Source: Terriglobia bacterium
GTDB taxonomy: Bacteria > Acidobacteriota > Terriglobia > 2-12-FULL-54-10
Direction of reading: 5' to 3'
NCBI GenBank assembly: GCA_963666975.2
Contig: CAXVYR010000004.1
Location: forward strand, 2,240,001 to 2,304,000
Length of the DNA stretch: 64,000 bases
The notes below the pieces were generated by a model. The model was not told where the DNA came from, did no database searches, and was given only the letters and a program-made list of their open reading frames with translations. Position numbers and translations under genes: made by a program. Shown here one piece after another: positions 39,443 to 49,508 of the stretch (the stretch's first letter is position 1; every line of letters begins with the position of its first letter).

Positions 39443-42400
39443 TTAGAACGAGAATCGCAACGCAAACTGAATCTGCCGGGCGGTAGTGACGGTACTTCGT
39501 ATTCTTCCCGCGGTGGGATTGGGACGGCCGGAAGCTCCTGAAAAGACGATGGCCTGAGCAAGACCGAAATTGGCATGGTTCGGCAGATTGAAAAATTCCG
39601 CCCGAAATTGCAGGCGCCTCTTCGCATCCAAGACAAATTCTCTCTGGAGGGAGACGTCCACATTGAACACGCTTGGTCCAATGACAGTGTTGCGCCCGAC
39701 ATTCCCGAGGGTACCCGGTTCCGGCACGCTATACACGGAAGGATCGAAATATTGGTCAGGGCCACCCTGAGTGGAGTTATTGCTCCGCCCGGGAAGCAAG
39801 TTAGGCCGAGTGGCTGCAAACAGGTAGCCCGGGGTAAGAACATTGATTCGCGCGGTGAAAGGGGTCCCCGTACGAAACCGCACAATGCCTCCCAGCCGCC
39901 AGCCTTCGAAAACGTGCGCCAGGACGCCGGAGTTCCACCAGCGCAGCCCGCTCCCCAAGGGAAGAGTGTAAAAGTAATTGAACACCAGACGATGGCGGAT
40001 GTCGAAATTCGAAAGGCCCCGTTCCAGAGTCCGCATCAGCCCATACTGAGTGGGATTACCATGAAAGGAAAAAGTGGAGGCGTCATCCACGGACTTACTG
40101 TAAGTATAGCTGGCTTGCAAGGAAATCCCTCGGCTGAGGCTCTTGTTGGCAGAAAGCTGCAAAGAGTTATAGAAGGATTGTGCGTCACTACTCATGATTA
40201 AAATCCCTCCGAAAGCAGGATTAACCGGGCCTGCCTCGGAGGTTGGCACTGGCGGGCAAGTAGGATTCGCAACCAGATCCTCCTGGGCCACATCGGGAGG
40301 AAAACAGAGCGACTCGTCCGCCCTAGTGATGGGGAGTGGGAACAAGTTGGATTCATAGCCACGGAACAAATGGTTGCCCCTTGCTCCTACATAGGATGCC
40401 CGGGTACGCCAGCCTCCGGGCAGCTGCTGTTGGAGCGCGAAGCTGTAGCGCAACACCATAGGGGTGGTGAAGTGATGGTAATCCAGGATCCGAGCTTCGA
40501 GGGGTATTCCGGCGGCGGCCGTCACCGCGTCGGGAAAGATTGTAGAGGAGTCAAAGTTGGTTCTCACTACTTGCTTGTAAAAAGGAGCCGTGCTTTTTGC
40601 CTGGTCCACCACATATTTGAGCATTTGATCGTAGTAAATCCCAAAGCCGGCACGCAGCACCGTATTCTGGCTGCCCCAAGGGGACCAGGTAATGCCCAGG
40701 CGTGGGGAAAGATTGCGCGGGGAAGGGTTTTTCTCTAGAAGCGGTCCAATCTGCACTGCTGGGTCCCGCACCGGATCGGGGAGGAAAGTGGTTTTGCCGT
40801 CCCTGTCGTGGATGAGCGTGGCAAATTCATAGCGGACGCCCAGATTGAGTTGGAAACGGGGACTGACCGTATAGGCATCCTGAAGATAGAATCCCAGCAA
40901 GGTCTGGCGGTAAGCCTTTCTACTATCTGCGCCCGGCAAAGCAGTCTTCAAGGTGGTTCCCTCCGGCCCGCCCTGCAGAAAGCTTTCCAGGCTATTGAAA
41001 AGCCAAGTGCCTCCCTTAAACGAACTGGAGAACAGATCCCAGCGATAGCGATGAACTTCGACTCCCATCTTCAGCGCGTGGGCTCCCCTCTGAGCCACCA
41101 CATCGTCGGCGAATTGAAAGGTATTCGTAATATTGGCTAATGGGTTGGTGGACATAGGGCCGAAATTACTTAAACCGGGAACGGAGATCTGCCCAAGCTG
41201 GGGAGCGTCTGGAATAAAGAACAACGAAGGGTCAATCTCAATAGAGGAAAGACTCTCTGCGGCATTCACTGGCCGGGTGTACCCCAAGCGGAATGAGTTC
41301 AAAAGACTGGGGTTAAAAATATGGGTTCCCACCAGGGTCAAATACTGCTGACGGCTATTATTCAGCCTCGTGAAGAGAACAGTGGACTCCGCGGAATGAC
41401 TGGTGGCGTCGTCAAAGGTATAGCGAGCGAAGAGGCTGTCCCGCTCGGAAATCTGGTGATCCAGGCGAACGGTGAAAAAATTTTCATCGGTGGGCAAGAA
41501 CTGGGAGTCGATGTATTCGCCTATTCCCCTCCCTACACTGACCGAGTTGGGTAGAGGATAAAGCTCAAGGTAAGGTACCACCCTCGGGTTCACCGGAACG
41601 GTCTGAATCACTGCTCCGGAAGCGTCGGTGATCATCCCCTGCCGGGCCAGTTCGTCTGGAAAGAAGTCAATTTCCGTCTTGGTCAGCCGGTCGCGCAGCC
41701 CCTCAAAGCTGCCCATAAAAAAGGTTCTATCCTTCACCACCGGACCCGTGAGCGTGAATCCGAACTGGTTGCGCTTGAAGGGCGGCGGCTCCGGGCCGGG
41801 GTCATAGAAATTCCGCGCATCCAGCTTGCTGTTGCGAAAGTACTCGAAGAAGGTGCCGTGGAACTCCGGAGTCCCGGAGCGAGTGATGGAGTTCAACACA
41901 CCGCCGCTGCCCCGGCCATAATCGGCCCCGGTTATTGTTAATATCTGAACCTGCAATACCGCCTCCGAGCCGAGTTGCACGCCTGCCGCGCTCCGCGGGA
42001 CCTGATTTCTGTGATCCATGATGTTGGTCCCATCCAGCAAAAAATTGTTGGAGGTGGACCGCCCTCCCGATATAGTGAGCCCCCCGCCGCCAATTCCCCG
42101 GGACCCCGAAGCGGCAGAAGGATCGCTCACACCGCTCTGGAGGGTCGCCAGTTGGCTGTAACTGCGGCCGTTGAGAGGTAGTCCGACTAGCTGGCTTTCA
42201 CTGATCTGGCCTGCATTGGTGGCAGAGGACTCCTTATCTGCACCCTCGCCCGTGCTCTGGGCTGTTCGTTCCTGATCTCCGGAATCTCGTTCCAACACCA
42301 AATCCAAAGTCACCAACTGCTCTGCGCCTAGTTCCAACCCTTCCTGCAACCGGCTGACAAAACCAGCCTGGGAAGCCTGGACTTCGTAAGTACCGGGAAC

Positions 42401-42685
42401 CAATCGTTGGATTTCAAACTGTCCCTCTGCGTCGCTGCTGACGGTACGGCTCAATCCCGTCTCCAGATGCTTCACCATCACCGCCGTCCCCGCGAGGGGC
42501 GCTCCTGACTGATCCTGCACCGTACCCCGCAGCGTCGCCATGCTCCCCTGTGCCAGCGCCCCTGTCCTTGCCCAGAAAAGCAGCGTGATCAGAAGCGCTG
42601 CCGAAAGAATCAACCGCTGCATTATTGATTTGCATGCGCACATGCCCCGCACTTTCTTGAAAAAAGCTGACTGCATGGTCTGCAA
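39443..42685 (-). CDS. TonB-dependent receptor with N-terminal carboxypeptidase-regulatory-like domain (acidobacterial type)
   Basis: Signal peptide, GTVQDQSGA, LPLNGRSY.QL, NNFLLDG, RNQFG, SPRLG and C-terminal RQIQFALRFSF. Confidence 0.93.
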   Translation of the reverse strand: MQTMQSAFFKKVRGMCACKSIMQRLILSAALLITLLFWARTGALAQGSMATLRGTVQDQSGAPLAGTAVMVKHLETGLSRTVSSDAEGQFEIQRLVPGTYEVQASQAGFVSRLQEGLELGAEQLVTLDLVLERDSGDQERTAQSTGEGADKESSATNAGQISESQLVGLPLNGRSYSQLATLQSGVSDPSAASGSRGIGGGGLTISGGRSTSNNFLLDGTNIMDHRNQVPRSAAGVQLGSEAVLQVQILTITGADYGRGSGGVLNSITRSGTPEFHGTFFEYFRNSKLDARNFYDPGPEPPPFKRNQFGFTLTGPVVKDRTFFMGSFEGLRDRLTKTEIDFFPDELARQGMITDASGAVIQTVPVNPRVVPYLELYPLPNSVSVGRGIGEYIDSQFLPTDENFFTVRLDHQISERDSLFARYTFDDATSHSAESTVLFTRLNNSRQQYLTLVGTHIFNPSLLNSFRLGYTRPVNAAESLSSIEIDPSLFFIPDAPQLGQISVPGLSNFGPMSTNPLANITNTFQFADDVVAQRGAHALKMGVEVHRYRWDLFSSSFKGGTWLFNSLESFLQGGPEGTTLKTALPGADSRKAYRQTLLGFYLQDAYTVSPRFQLNLGVRYEFATLIHDRDGKTTFLPDPVRDPAVQIGPLLEKNPSPRNLSPRLGITWSPWGSQNTVLRAGFGIYYDQMLKYVVDQAKSTAPFYKQVVRTNFDSSTIFPDAVTAAAGIPLEARILDYHHFTTPMVLRYSFALQQQLPGGWRTRASYVGARGNHLFRGYESNLFPLPITRADESLCFPPDVAQEDLVANPTCPPVPTSEAGPVNPAFGGILIMSSDAQSFYNSLQLSANKSLSRGISLQASYTYSKSVDDASTFSFHGNPTQYGLMRTLERGLSNFDIRHRLVFNYFYTLPLGSGLRWWNSGVLAHVFEGWRLGGIVRFRTGTPFTARINVLTPGYLFAATRPNLLPGRSNNSTQGGPDQYFDPSVYSVPEPGTLGNVGRNTVIGPSVFNVDVSLQREFVLDAKRRLQFRAEFFNLPNHANFGLAQAIVFSGASGRPNPTAGRIRSTVTTARQIQFALRFSF

Positions 42686-42709
42686 TATCTGTAACTTCCT
42701 CTTCGCACA

Positions 42710-44563
42710 TTACCATTGAGCTGCTGGACCGCCGAGTTCCACCTGGGCTCCAGTGGCCTGCATGCCGATTTCGCGGGCCAGCGACGGAACCAGGTGCTGG
42801 ACCTTGCCGCCCACCATGGTCATCAACACCCGGACATTCAGAATGTCATCCACAGGAATGGCCAAGTAGTCTCGGTCCAGGACGATTAAGTCGGCAAGTT
42901 TACCAGGCTCCAGCGAACCGAGCACGTCTTCCTTCATCGAACCGTAGGCTCCGAACAAGGTAGCCGATTTCACCATCGCTTCGCGATTCACCGCCTGTTG
43001 CGGTGCTGTTGCATTCCCGTCCCAATCCTTCCGGGTAATCCCAGAATAAATAACGTGGAAGAGGGTTATGTTGGTGGCCGCGATTGCCCGGTCCAGTTCC
43101 ATACTGTTCATGATCCCAGCATCGTAAAGACTCTTGCGAGGAACTACCATCATCGCACCGCGTTCCCCGTAGTCTCTCAGAATATCCTGGCCTCTAGATT
43201 CCCAGAGGTAGAAGTCCCAACCGCTGGTCATTATGCCCAGGTTCTTAAGGCGAGGGATCTGGTCTGGGCGAGGATACATGGCCATGTGCTCGGTGACGTG
43301 ACGTTTTGCCCGGATATCATCCAGCGTCATGCCAGCATCTTTACCCGCCCTCTCGATGATGTCCAGGATGAGGTCTATCTCTCCGTCCGCCATGATGTGG
43401 TCCCCGGAGAGCCTTCCACCGGCTTTTACATACTCGTACAGGGCTCGCGAGACGTCATCATCCGTGTAGCCGCACTTGGACTCCCGCTCTTTGACTTCAG
43501 GCGACGTCCCCGGCAACTGGCTGCAGTTGGCTCCCATATGCGGGACCATTCCGTTCACCCAAAAATAGTCAGAACCCCTACCTTCCTGAGCAACGACAGC
43601 CTCAACGAAGTAAGGATCCTGAAAAAAGTCGTTCCTGTAGGGCCAAAACCAAGCCCAACCCATCCGCATAGCCATCTGTCCTTTGCGATCCAGCGTGGAG
43701 TAGGCCCGAATCGCACCCCCTGTATAGAGAGCGGTGGCGTTTAGAGTTTGACCATACCCAGTCATCCAGGACAAGCCCAGGCGATAAATCTCCGCCAACA
43801 CATCCGGCGGGAAAGCCACATCCTGCTCCACCTCTCGATAGCAGACGGCACAGGTTCCGGCCCGTTCGACCTGCTCATTTAGCGGCTTGTTGAGATACTT
43901 CTCCCACTGATCCCCATGGTACTTCTTGACCTCATCAAACGCTTTCTGGTTCATCAGGACTCCGACAAAGTTGGTGCGAACAATCACCGGGTTGTTCGGC
44001 GCGGCCATGTCTAACATTTCTTTCGTAATCTGCCGCCCTAAGAAACTGGTAATTTCCGTTCTCCATCGGTATTCCTTTCCAAATAACATCACGATCCGGA
44101 CCCACTGGCCTGGCTTCGCTTTGAGAACTGCCTCTTCCAACACCCGAGGGAACTGCTCAAGCTGCTGCTGCGGAGGCGAATCGAGGAAACGGTGAACCAT
44201 GATGTCATCGGTAACAACTTTCTTCATGATATAAGGATTCAATGGGTCCCAGTCCTGAGGGTGATCGTGCGTGAGCGCGATGCCTGGCATCACCGTTCGG
44301 CCTTTCAAGTCAATCGCCTTTGTATTGGAACCTCCCAGGGGACGAATTTGGTCGTTCGCTCCCACGGCTACGATTTTCCCATCTCGGATTGCAATCGCCT
44401 GCGCGACGGTGCCCAGGTTCGAATTCACCTCATGGTTGTCCACCGTCACGATCTTCCCATTGTAGAGAATCGTGTCCGGGGCTTGTTGAGCCCACAGGAG
44501 AGCCTGTCCAGTCCAGCTTACCCACATCATTACCACCAATCCCAAAACCCATCGGCTTTTCAT
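42710..44563 (-). CDS. Secreted amidohydrolase-3 family protein, paralog 6
   Basis: Signal peptide LLWA|QQ, PGIALTHDHP, GDHIMAD, HVTEHM, SMELDRA and the shared C-tail GAQVELGGPAAQW. Confidence 0.92.
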   Translation of the reverse strand: MKSRWVLGLVVMMWVSWTGQALLWAQQAPDTILYNGKIVTVDNHEVNSNLGTVAQAIAIRDGKIVAVGANDQIRPLGGSNTKAIDLKGRTVMPGIALTHDHPQDWDPLNPYIMKKVVTDDIMVHRFLDSPPQQQLEQFPRVLEEAVLKAKPGQWVRIVMLFGKEYRWRTEITSFLGRQITKEMLDMAAPNNPVIVRTNFVGVLMNQKAFDEVKKYHGDQWEKYLNKPLNEQVERAGTCAVCYREVEQDVAFPPDVLAEIYRLGLSWMTGYGQTLNATALYTGGAIRAYSTLDRKGQMAMRMGWAWFWPYRNDFFQDPYFVEAVVAQEGRGSDYFWVNGMVPHMGANCSQLPGTSPEVKERESKCGYTDDDVSRALYEYVKAGGRLSGDHIMADGEIDLILDIIERAGKDAGMTLDDIRAKRHVTEHMAMYPRPDQIPRLKNLGIMTSGWDFYLWESRGQDILRDYGERGAMMVVPRKSLYDAGIMNSMELDRAIAATNITLFHVIYSGITRKDWDGNATAPQQAVNREAMVKSATLFGAYGSMKEDVLGSLEPGKLADLIVLDRDYLAIPVDDILNVRVLMTMVGGKVQHLVPSLAREIGMQATGAQVELGGPAAQW

Positions 44564-44886
44564 GATTCACCCCCTCGGCTATTTTTAGCGGGAATTTCTA
44601 TTTTGAGCTTTACCTTCACCCGAAAACCTATGCCTCCTACCCTGTCATGTCAAGCGCAAATCGCTCTGGCCCCTTTGAGGTGGTAGCGCGGCTCATTTTG
44701 CCGATTTGTCTGTTGTTCTCATGAAGAATGTAGTGATGCTCGAACCAGCATCAATATTGACGTTGGAGGTTAGCAGATGGTTGCAGCTGTGTTTTCAAAC
44801 TGGAAATTCGGTATTAAATAGTATTGCTGAAAGACTTTAATTAAGCTACCATGTCGTTCCGCTATTCAGCCTATTCAGGAGGAGAG

Positions 44887-45117
44887 ATGCCCGCTTCAGG
44901 AATCGATGCAGCTATTCGCGAGCTCCAGCACGAACAGGAAGGAATCCAGGGACTAATATCGGCTCTCAAGAGCCTCCGCCCCGGAAGCGGCTCTGGAAAG
45001 CGCACAAGGCGCGGCAAACCTAAACGCACTGGAAGGAAGCTCTCGCAGGCTGCCCGCAAGAAGATTTCCATGGCCGCGAAAAAGCGGTGGGCAGCTCGGC
45101 GTGCTGCCAAGAAGTGA
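44887..45117 (+). CDS. Small basic protein, putative nucleoid-associated protein
   Basis: AGGAGG RBS; N-terminal coiled coil plus RKLSQAARKKISMAAKKRWAARR. Confidence 0.7.
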   Translation: MPASGIDAAIRELQHEQEGIQGLISALKSLRPGSGSGKRTRRGKPKRTGRKLSQAARKKISMAAKKRWAARRAAKK

Positions 45118-45176
45118 TCCTTTAGTTTCCGTTCCCCATCCTTAATTAACAAAATCAGATTAGCAGCCAAGTTTAG

Positions 45177-45724
45177 CAGTTTGTTGAAAAATCCGAGTTT
45201 GTGATGATTTCCGTTTCTATTTTCGTTTCGGATCGAGTTAAAACAAGGGTAAAGAGGTTTCCGGCCAGAGATCAGAGGTCTATCCCAGGTCCCGCTGGGG
45301 ACTTTCGGAGCGCCTTTGCAGCTGGGCGGTCATGCGCCACCGCCTCCGCCCGCAGTCGTCGCAACCGAACCAAGTTGTAGGCCGCCCCGACGAAGGTGAA
45401 CCACCAACCCACTTTCTCCCGGCCTCGCCACTTCACTTTCCTCAGCAGGCCGATGATCTTCCTCTCCCGCGCCGTGCCGACGAACTCGCGCGTGTCATAG
45501 TTGTTGTCCGCTCCCAGGGTGAGGCGCCGGGTTCCAGAAATCTTCGACGCCATCAGCAAGGCTGCATCCCGTTCCGCTGTCCCATCGGCCTGCGTCAGCA
45601 TCGTCTGCACCAGCAGCCCGTTGCGGTTCTCCATCAGCACGTGTCCCAGGTAGCTCAGCCGGGCCTCGGCCCCCTTCGACTTCTTATACAGCCGGGCGTC
45701 GGGGTATGGATTATTTCCGGGCAA
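45177..45724 (-). pseudogene. IS5-family transposase relic with one terminal IR
   Basis: PDARLYKKSKG.EARLSYLGHVLMENRNGL, TLGAD..YDT and AAYNLVRL with an internal deletion. End sequence CAGTTTGTTGAAAAA at 45177 is preceded by TTAG. Confidence 0.8.
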
Positions 45725-45972
45725 CCCGGCGGGTCAAAAACACATGGTTTCTGCACCCTTCATTCTTCCCAATTTCGTCTCGCGTGGTGTTATACTAAAA
45801 AAAGTATTTGAAAAAGTCGGTTTGCATACAACCATTCACAACAGTTGTTTGCTTCCTGCCTAGTTGACTCCATCAAATGCCAATAACCGTTACGGGGCAA
45901 CCCGCTCTAGGGCTGGCTGACCTTACCGCTTCACAATAGCGGTGCGGCAACTTAAGAAGAAAAGAGAGAAAA

Positions 45973-46296
45973 ATGAAGAATTTGTTTGTAGGAAACATGA
46001 GTTTCCAAACCACGGAAAGTGAACTGCGGTCGATCTTTGAACCGTATGGAGAGATCACGCGCATTCAGGTAATGACGGACCGCGACACAGGCCGGGCCCG
46101 CGGCTTTGGTTTCGTGGAATTGGCCGATGACGGTGAAGCGGCCAAGGCAATTACGGAATTGAATGGCAAAGAGCTGGACGGACGCGCCTTGAACGTGAAT
46201 GAAGCGCGTCCCAAACCGGAACGCGGTGGACCGAGGGACGGGGGCGGAGGAGGCCGCGGTCGTGGCGGTTACGAATCACGCGAACCGCGCTGGTAG
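45973..46296 (+). CDS. RRM RNA-binding protein with Gly-rich tail
   Basis: RNP2 LFVGNM, RNP1 RGFGFVEL and GRALNVNEARPK. Confidence 0.95.
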   Translation: MKNLFVGNMSFQTTESELRSIFEPYGEITRIQVMTDRDTGRARGFGFVELADDGEAAKAITELNGKELDGRALNVNEARPKPERGGPRDGGGGGRGRGGYESREPRW

Positions 46297-46360
46297 CAAG
46301 GAAAGAGATTTTCTCTGGGGGCGATTTCCGTCGCCCCCAACACCATCCCAGGAGGGGCCT

Positions 46361-46543
46361 ATGGTAACCAAGGCGCGAACCACGTTTCAAAAGCGGCAGA
46401 AAGAGATGGCGAGGAAAGAGAAACGGCAAATGAAAGTGGAACGCCGATCGCAAAGAAAACTTGCGCACGAAGGTGGGGCTATGTCCGAGGAGGCAATCTC
46501 CCCTTCAGAATCGGAACCGGAGAGCGGATCGCAGGCGACTTGA
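46361..46543 (+). CDS. Small basic hypothetical protein (TFQKRQKEMARKEK type)
   Basis: GGAGG RBS before ATG 46361; 60 aa with a basic helix and an acidic tail. Confidence 0.65.
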   Translation: MVTKARTTFQKRQKEMARKEKRQMKVERRSQRKLAHEGGAMSEEAISPSESEPESGSQAT

Positions 46544-46680
46544 GCCCGTCGTCCGTTTCAGCACAAGGTGTTCTCCTCTGCGGGCTTTGGTCCGAGTCGT
46601 AGTGGCACGGTTCGGCTAGCTTGTATTTTTACGGCAGCCAAAATCATTCCCTTTTGAGGTGCTTACGCCATCGAGTGTTG

Positions 46681-47146
46681 TTAAGCCGTCATAGGCATGC
46701 GTGTGTCGTCCACAAGGTCTGGGATGGCGGGTTGAATGAATATCACCGTGACCTTCTCGAAGACTAAAACCATTACCGTTGGCGAGAAGATCTCCCTGAA
46801 TGTTAGCCGCTGCCGGGTCAGACCCGCCTGCATGGCCGGAGTCCTGACTTCGCAGCCGAATTTCAGCGCCCGGTGAGGCCTGACGAAGTTGTAATAGCAT
46901 CGCAGCAACGGGAGGTGATCTTCCAGACGTTGCTCCCGCCGCGCGTAACAGATCGTCCGCCGAAAAAGATACGCCGAACCCTGCCGGATCGTGAGATTCA
47001 ATCGTTCAACATAGGAAGTGTTCAGTTTCGCGGAATCTTCGGAGTTGCGCCCCGCCTGTTCCTATCGCCATGCTGCACCAGTTCTGGCTCTGCGCTCCAC
47101 TCTGACAACGCGATCATTCCCCCGTGTCTTGGTCACTTGGCCGTAC
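46681..47146 (-). pseudogene. IS1-like transposase relic
   Basis: YGQVTKTR...*...NTSYVERLNLTIRQ...RRT...YYNFVRPH.AL...TPAM.AGL. Confidence 0.7.
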
Positions 47147-47553
47147 TGAGGGGCCCTGGATTTTTGTACCAGTTTCAGGGTGAGTTTTGGGCTGTTTCCA
47201 GGCCTTTCCGATTGCAGCGAGCTGCAATCTGAAAGGCGAACTCGTTCGGCGTCCTCTCCCCCAGGGCCCTGTGAGGACGACTCTCGTTGTACTCCCTCCG
47301 CCAAGCCTCGATGATCTGCCTGGCTTCTCCCAGTGTTGTGAACCAATGTACATTCAGGCACTCATCCCGAAACGTCTGCTCCGAGATCCCTACCTTCCGG
47401 ATCAGTTCCCCCACCGGCGCCCCCACCTCAGCCTGCTTCAGTATCCCTACAATCTGCTCCACGCTGAATCGCTTTTGTATCCCCCTTCTTCTGGTCATAG
47501 ATTTTGCCGCAAAACTCACTCTCAACTTGGATCAAAAAACCGGGGGCCGGTCA
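47147..47553 (-). mobile_element. Internally deleted IS3-family element (407 bp) with both IRs
   Basis: IRs TGAGGGGCCCTGGATTTTTGTACCAG...GTGAG and TGACCGGCCCCCGGTTTTTTGATCCAAG...GTGAG. The OrfA start (KRFSVEQIVGIL...GISEQTF) is fused in frame to the OrfB end (RDECLN..WF...YN..RPH.AL). Confidence 0.8.
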
Positions 47554-47695
47554 TGCCCAGCAAGTTTTCCAGTACTCATATGCCGCGCAAAACCGGAGAG
47601 GTCCGGTTGGCGCGCGAGGTCACCGTCAGGATGCTTTCCTTGCCCAGCCCCGGGGGTAAGAATCGTGTATATAGCCGGGTCGGAAGGTGTTATAA

Positions 47696-48559
47696 ATGAA
47701 GCTGGATATGTCACAACACGCTGGCAGCATTGAAATTAGCCTGGCTCTGGAGGTTGCGGCACGCGCGGCGCGCGCAGGCGGGAAGATAGCTAAGGCACGG
47801 CTGGGCGACCCCGGCTATGTGAAGTGGAAGGGCGACCGGGACGTCGTTTCGGAGGCTTCGCTCCAGGTTCAGGAGGCAATCGTCTCGAACCTCCTGGCGG
47901 AATTTCCCCACTCCGGGATTCTGGCCGAGGAGGGGCCCGAGGATGCTCCCCTGCCGGTGGATGCCGAGCATCTCTGGATCGTGGACCCCATCTGCGGCAG
48001 TCTGAACTTCGTCCAGGGCATTCCGTATTTCGGAATCTCTATTGCTCTGCGCTCGGAGGGCAGCATCCGCGCAGGCGTCGTCTATGATCCTTGTCATGAC
48101 GAGATGTTCGAGGCAACGACTGAAGCTACGACGACCCTCAACGGCAAAAAGATTGCCGTTCAGCAAATTTCAGAGGGTGCGGAAGCCTGGGAAAGCGCCA
48201 TCGTGGGAACCGACTGGCCCCACAGCGGCACGCGCCGCGAACAGTCCAGGCGGATTGTAGGGGTGATGACCGGCCAGGTCACCGAGTGCAACCTGATGGG
48301 CTCGCCGTCGCTCGGGATCGCCAGCGTTGCCGCCGGACGCCTGCACGCTTACTGGCATCTTGATTTGAAGATCTGGGACATCGCCGCAGCGAGCCTGATC
48401 CTGGAGCGCGCGGGCGGCATCCTGACCGACGCGCAGGGCACGACCTGGCTCGACTCCGACGGCGGCTACATCGCCAGCAACGATGTGATCCACGGCTGGG
48501 TGCTGGACTGCATGCAGTCGGTTTCAAGTCCTCCGACCCGTCCCCATGGATTCCGCTGA
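47696..48559 (+). CDS. Inositol monophosphatase family protein (variant motif)
   Basis: ILAEEG, WIVDPICGSLNF (canonical DPIDGT) and KIWDIAAA.LI...AGG. Confidence 0.9.
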   Translation: MKLDMSQHAGSIEISLALEVAARAARAGGKIAKARLGDPGYVKWKGDRDVVSEASLQVQEAIVSNLLAEFPHSGILAEEGPEDAPLPVDAEHLWIVDPICGSLNFVQGIPYFGISIALRSEGSIRAGVVYDPCHDEMFEATTEATTTLNGKKIAVQQISEGAEAWESAIVGTDWPHSGTRREQSRRIVGVMTGQVTECNLMGSPSLGIASVAAGRLHAYWHLDLKIWDIAAASLILERAGGILTDAQGTTWLDSDGGYIASNDVIHGWVLDCMQSVSSPPTRPHGFR

Positions 48560-48855
48560 AGACGAGCAGCCACGACGAATGGGCGTCTCAGATTTGCTGT
48601 GAGTTCGTAAATTCGAGAAAAGCCCACGGCGAGGAAAAGCGCTCACCGTGGCTGCCAACGCAAATCCGAGCCGCGAGCGTGAGCGACCGGGCACACACGC
48701 TGATCTGACGTCAAGGTTTGGATGACCACTCCCTAACGGTCGTGGCTCGGACTGGGTTTTCTATGCCGGAGCCAATTCGCCCGCAAAACGCTGCGCAGGA
48801 AACCAAAACAATAAAGCCACGGCGAAAGAACTCATTCACCATGGCTGCCAGCTTT

Positions 48856-49332
48856 TCAAGATTTCTTTGGACGCCGAGCGGGAACCCCGTGAAGCATTCC
48901 TGCAACACTGATGTCTTCGTCCACTACAGGCCAGTGCACTCCGTGACCATCGCCAATAATCTCGAATTGGCTGCGCTGCGCCGGAGTAGCTTCGCTTAAG
49001 CGCCATGACCATGCCAATGGAACGCTGATCACTCGTCCGTCAACGAGGTGAAACGTGATCAACTCCTCCGTAACCGAGACATTGTTGACCCGAGCATCTG
49101 CGCTAACCGCAATGTTCACGCCATGCCTCCTGCTCAGATTTGCGTGAATGATTGCCCGAATTCGGTTGGGCTCCCGTGCAGAAAATCCGTGGTTCTCGGC
49201 GAGGGCCAAAGGCTCCAGCCAGAACTTGCAGACTATTCGCTCCCTTCGGACGTGAACGTGCGCCGGTTCGTTGCAGTCAAAGCTATAGAAGTAGAACCGA
49301 TGCGGCCCTGGAATGTCTGCAACAGTAGGCAC
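48856..49332 (-). CDS. DUF4160 + DUF2442 putative toxin-antitoxin pair fused into one ORF
   Basis: MPTV...RFYFYSFD.NEP.HVHV...KFWL (DUF4160-like) runs into L.DGR.ISVPLAW.WRL..ATP.QR...G.GVHWP.VDEDISV (DUF2442-like). Confidence 0.75.
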   Translation of the reverse strand: MPTVADIPGPHRFYFYSFDCNEPAHVHVRRERIVCKFWLEPLALAENHGFSAREPNRIRAIIHANLSRRHGVNIAVSADARVNNVSVTEELITFHLVDGRVISVPLAWSWRLSEATPAQRSQFEIIGDGHGVHWPVVDEDISVAGMLHGVPARRPKKS

Positions 49333-49508
49333 AGCCGACGCCCACTTGCTACCCTACAACAAAAACGACCGTCAGTCGATAGCTCGCCTCCTCCAGACCC
49401 CGGCACAATGTTCAGCCGGGCGGATCGGTCCGCCGTGGGTTTTTTAATTCGGGAAAAGCCCACAGCGAGAGAAAACGCTCGCCGTGATGGCTACCAATCC
49501 CTTCCTCA

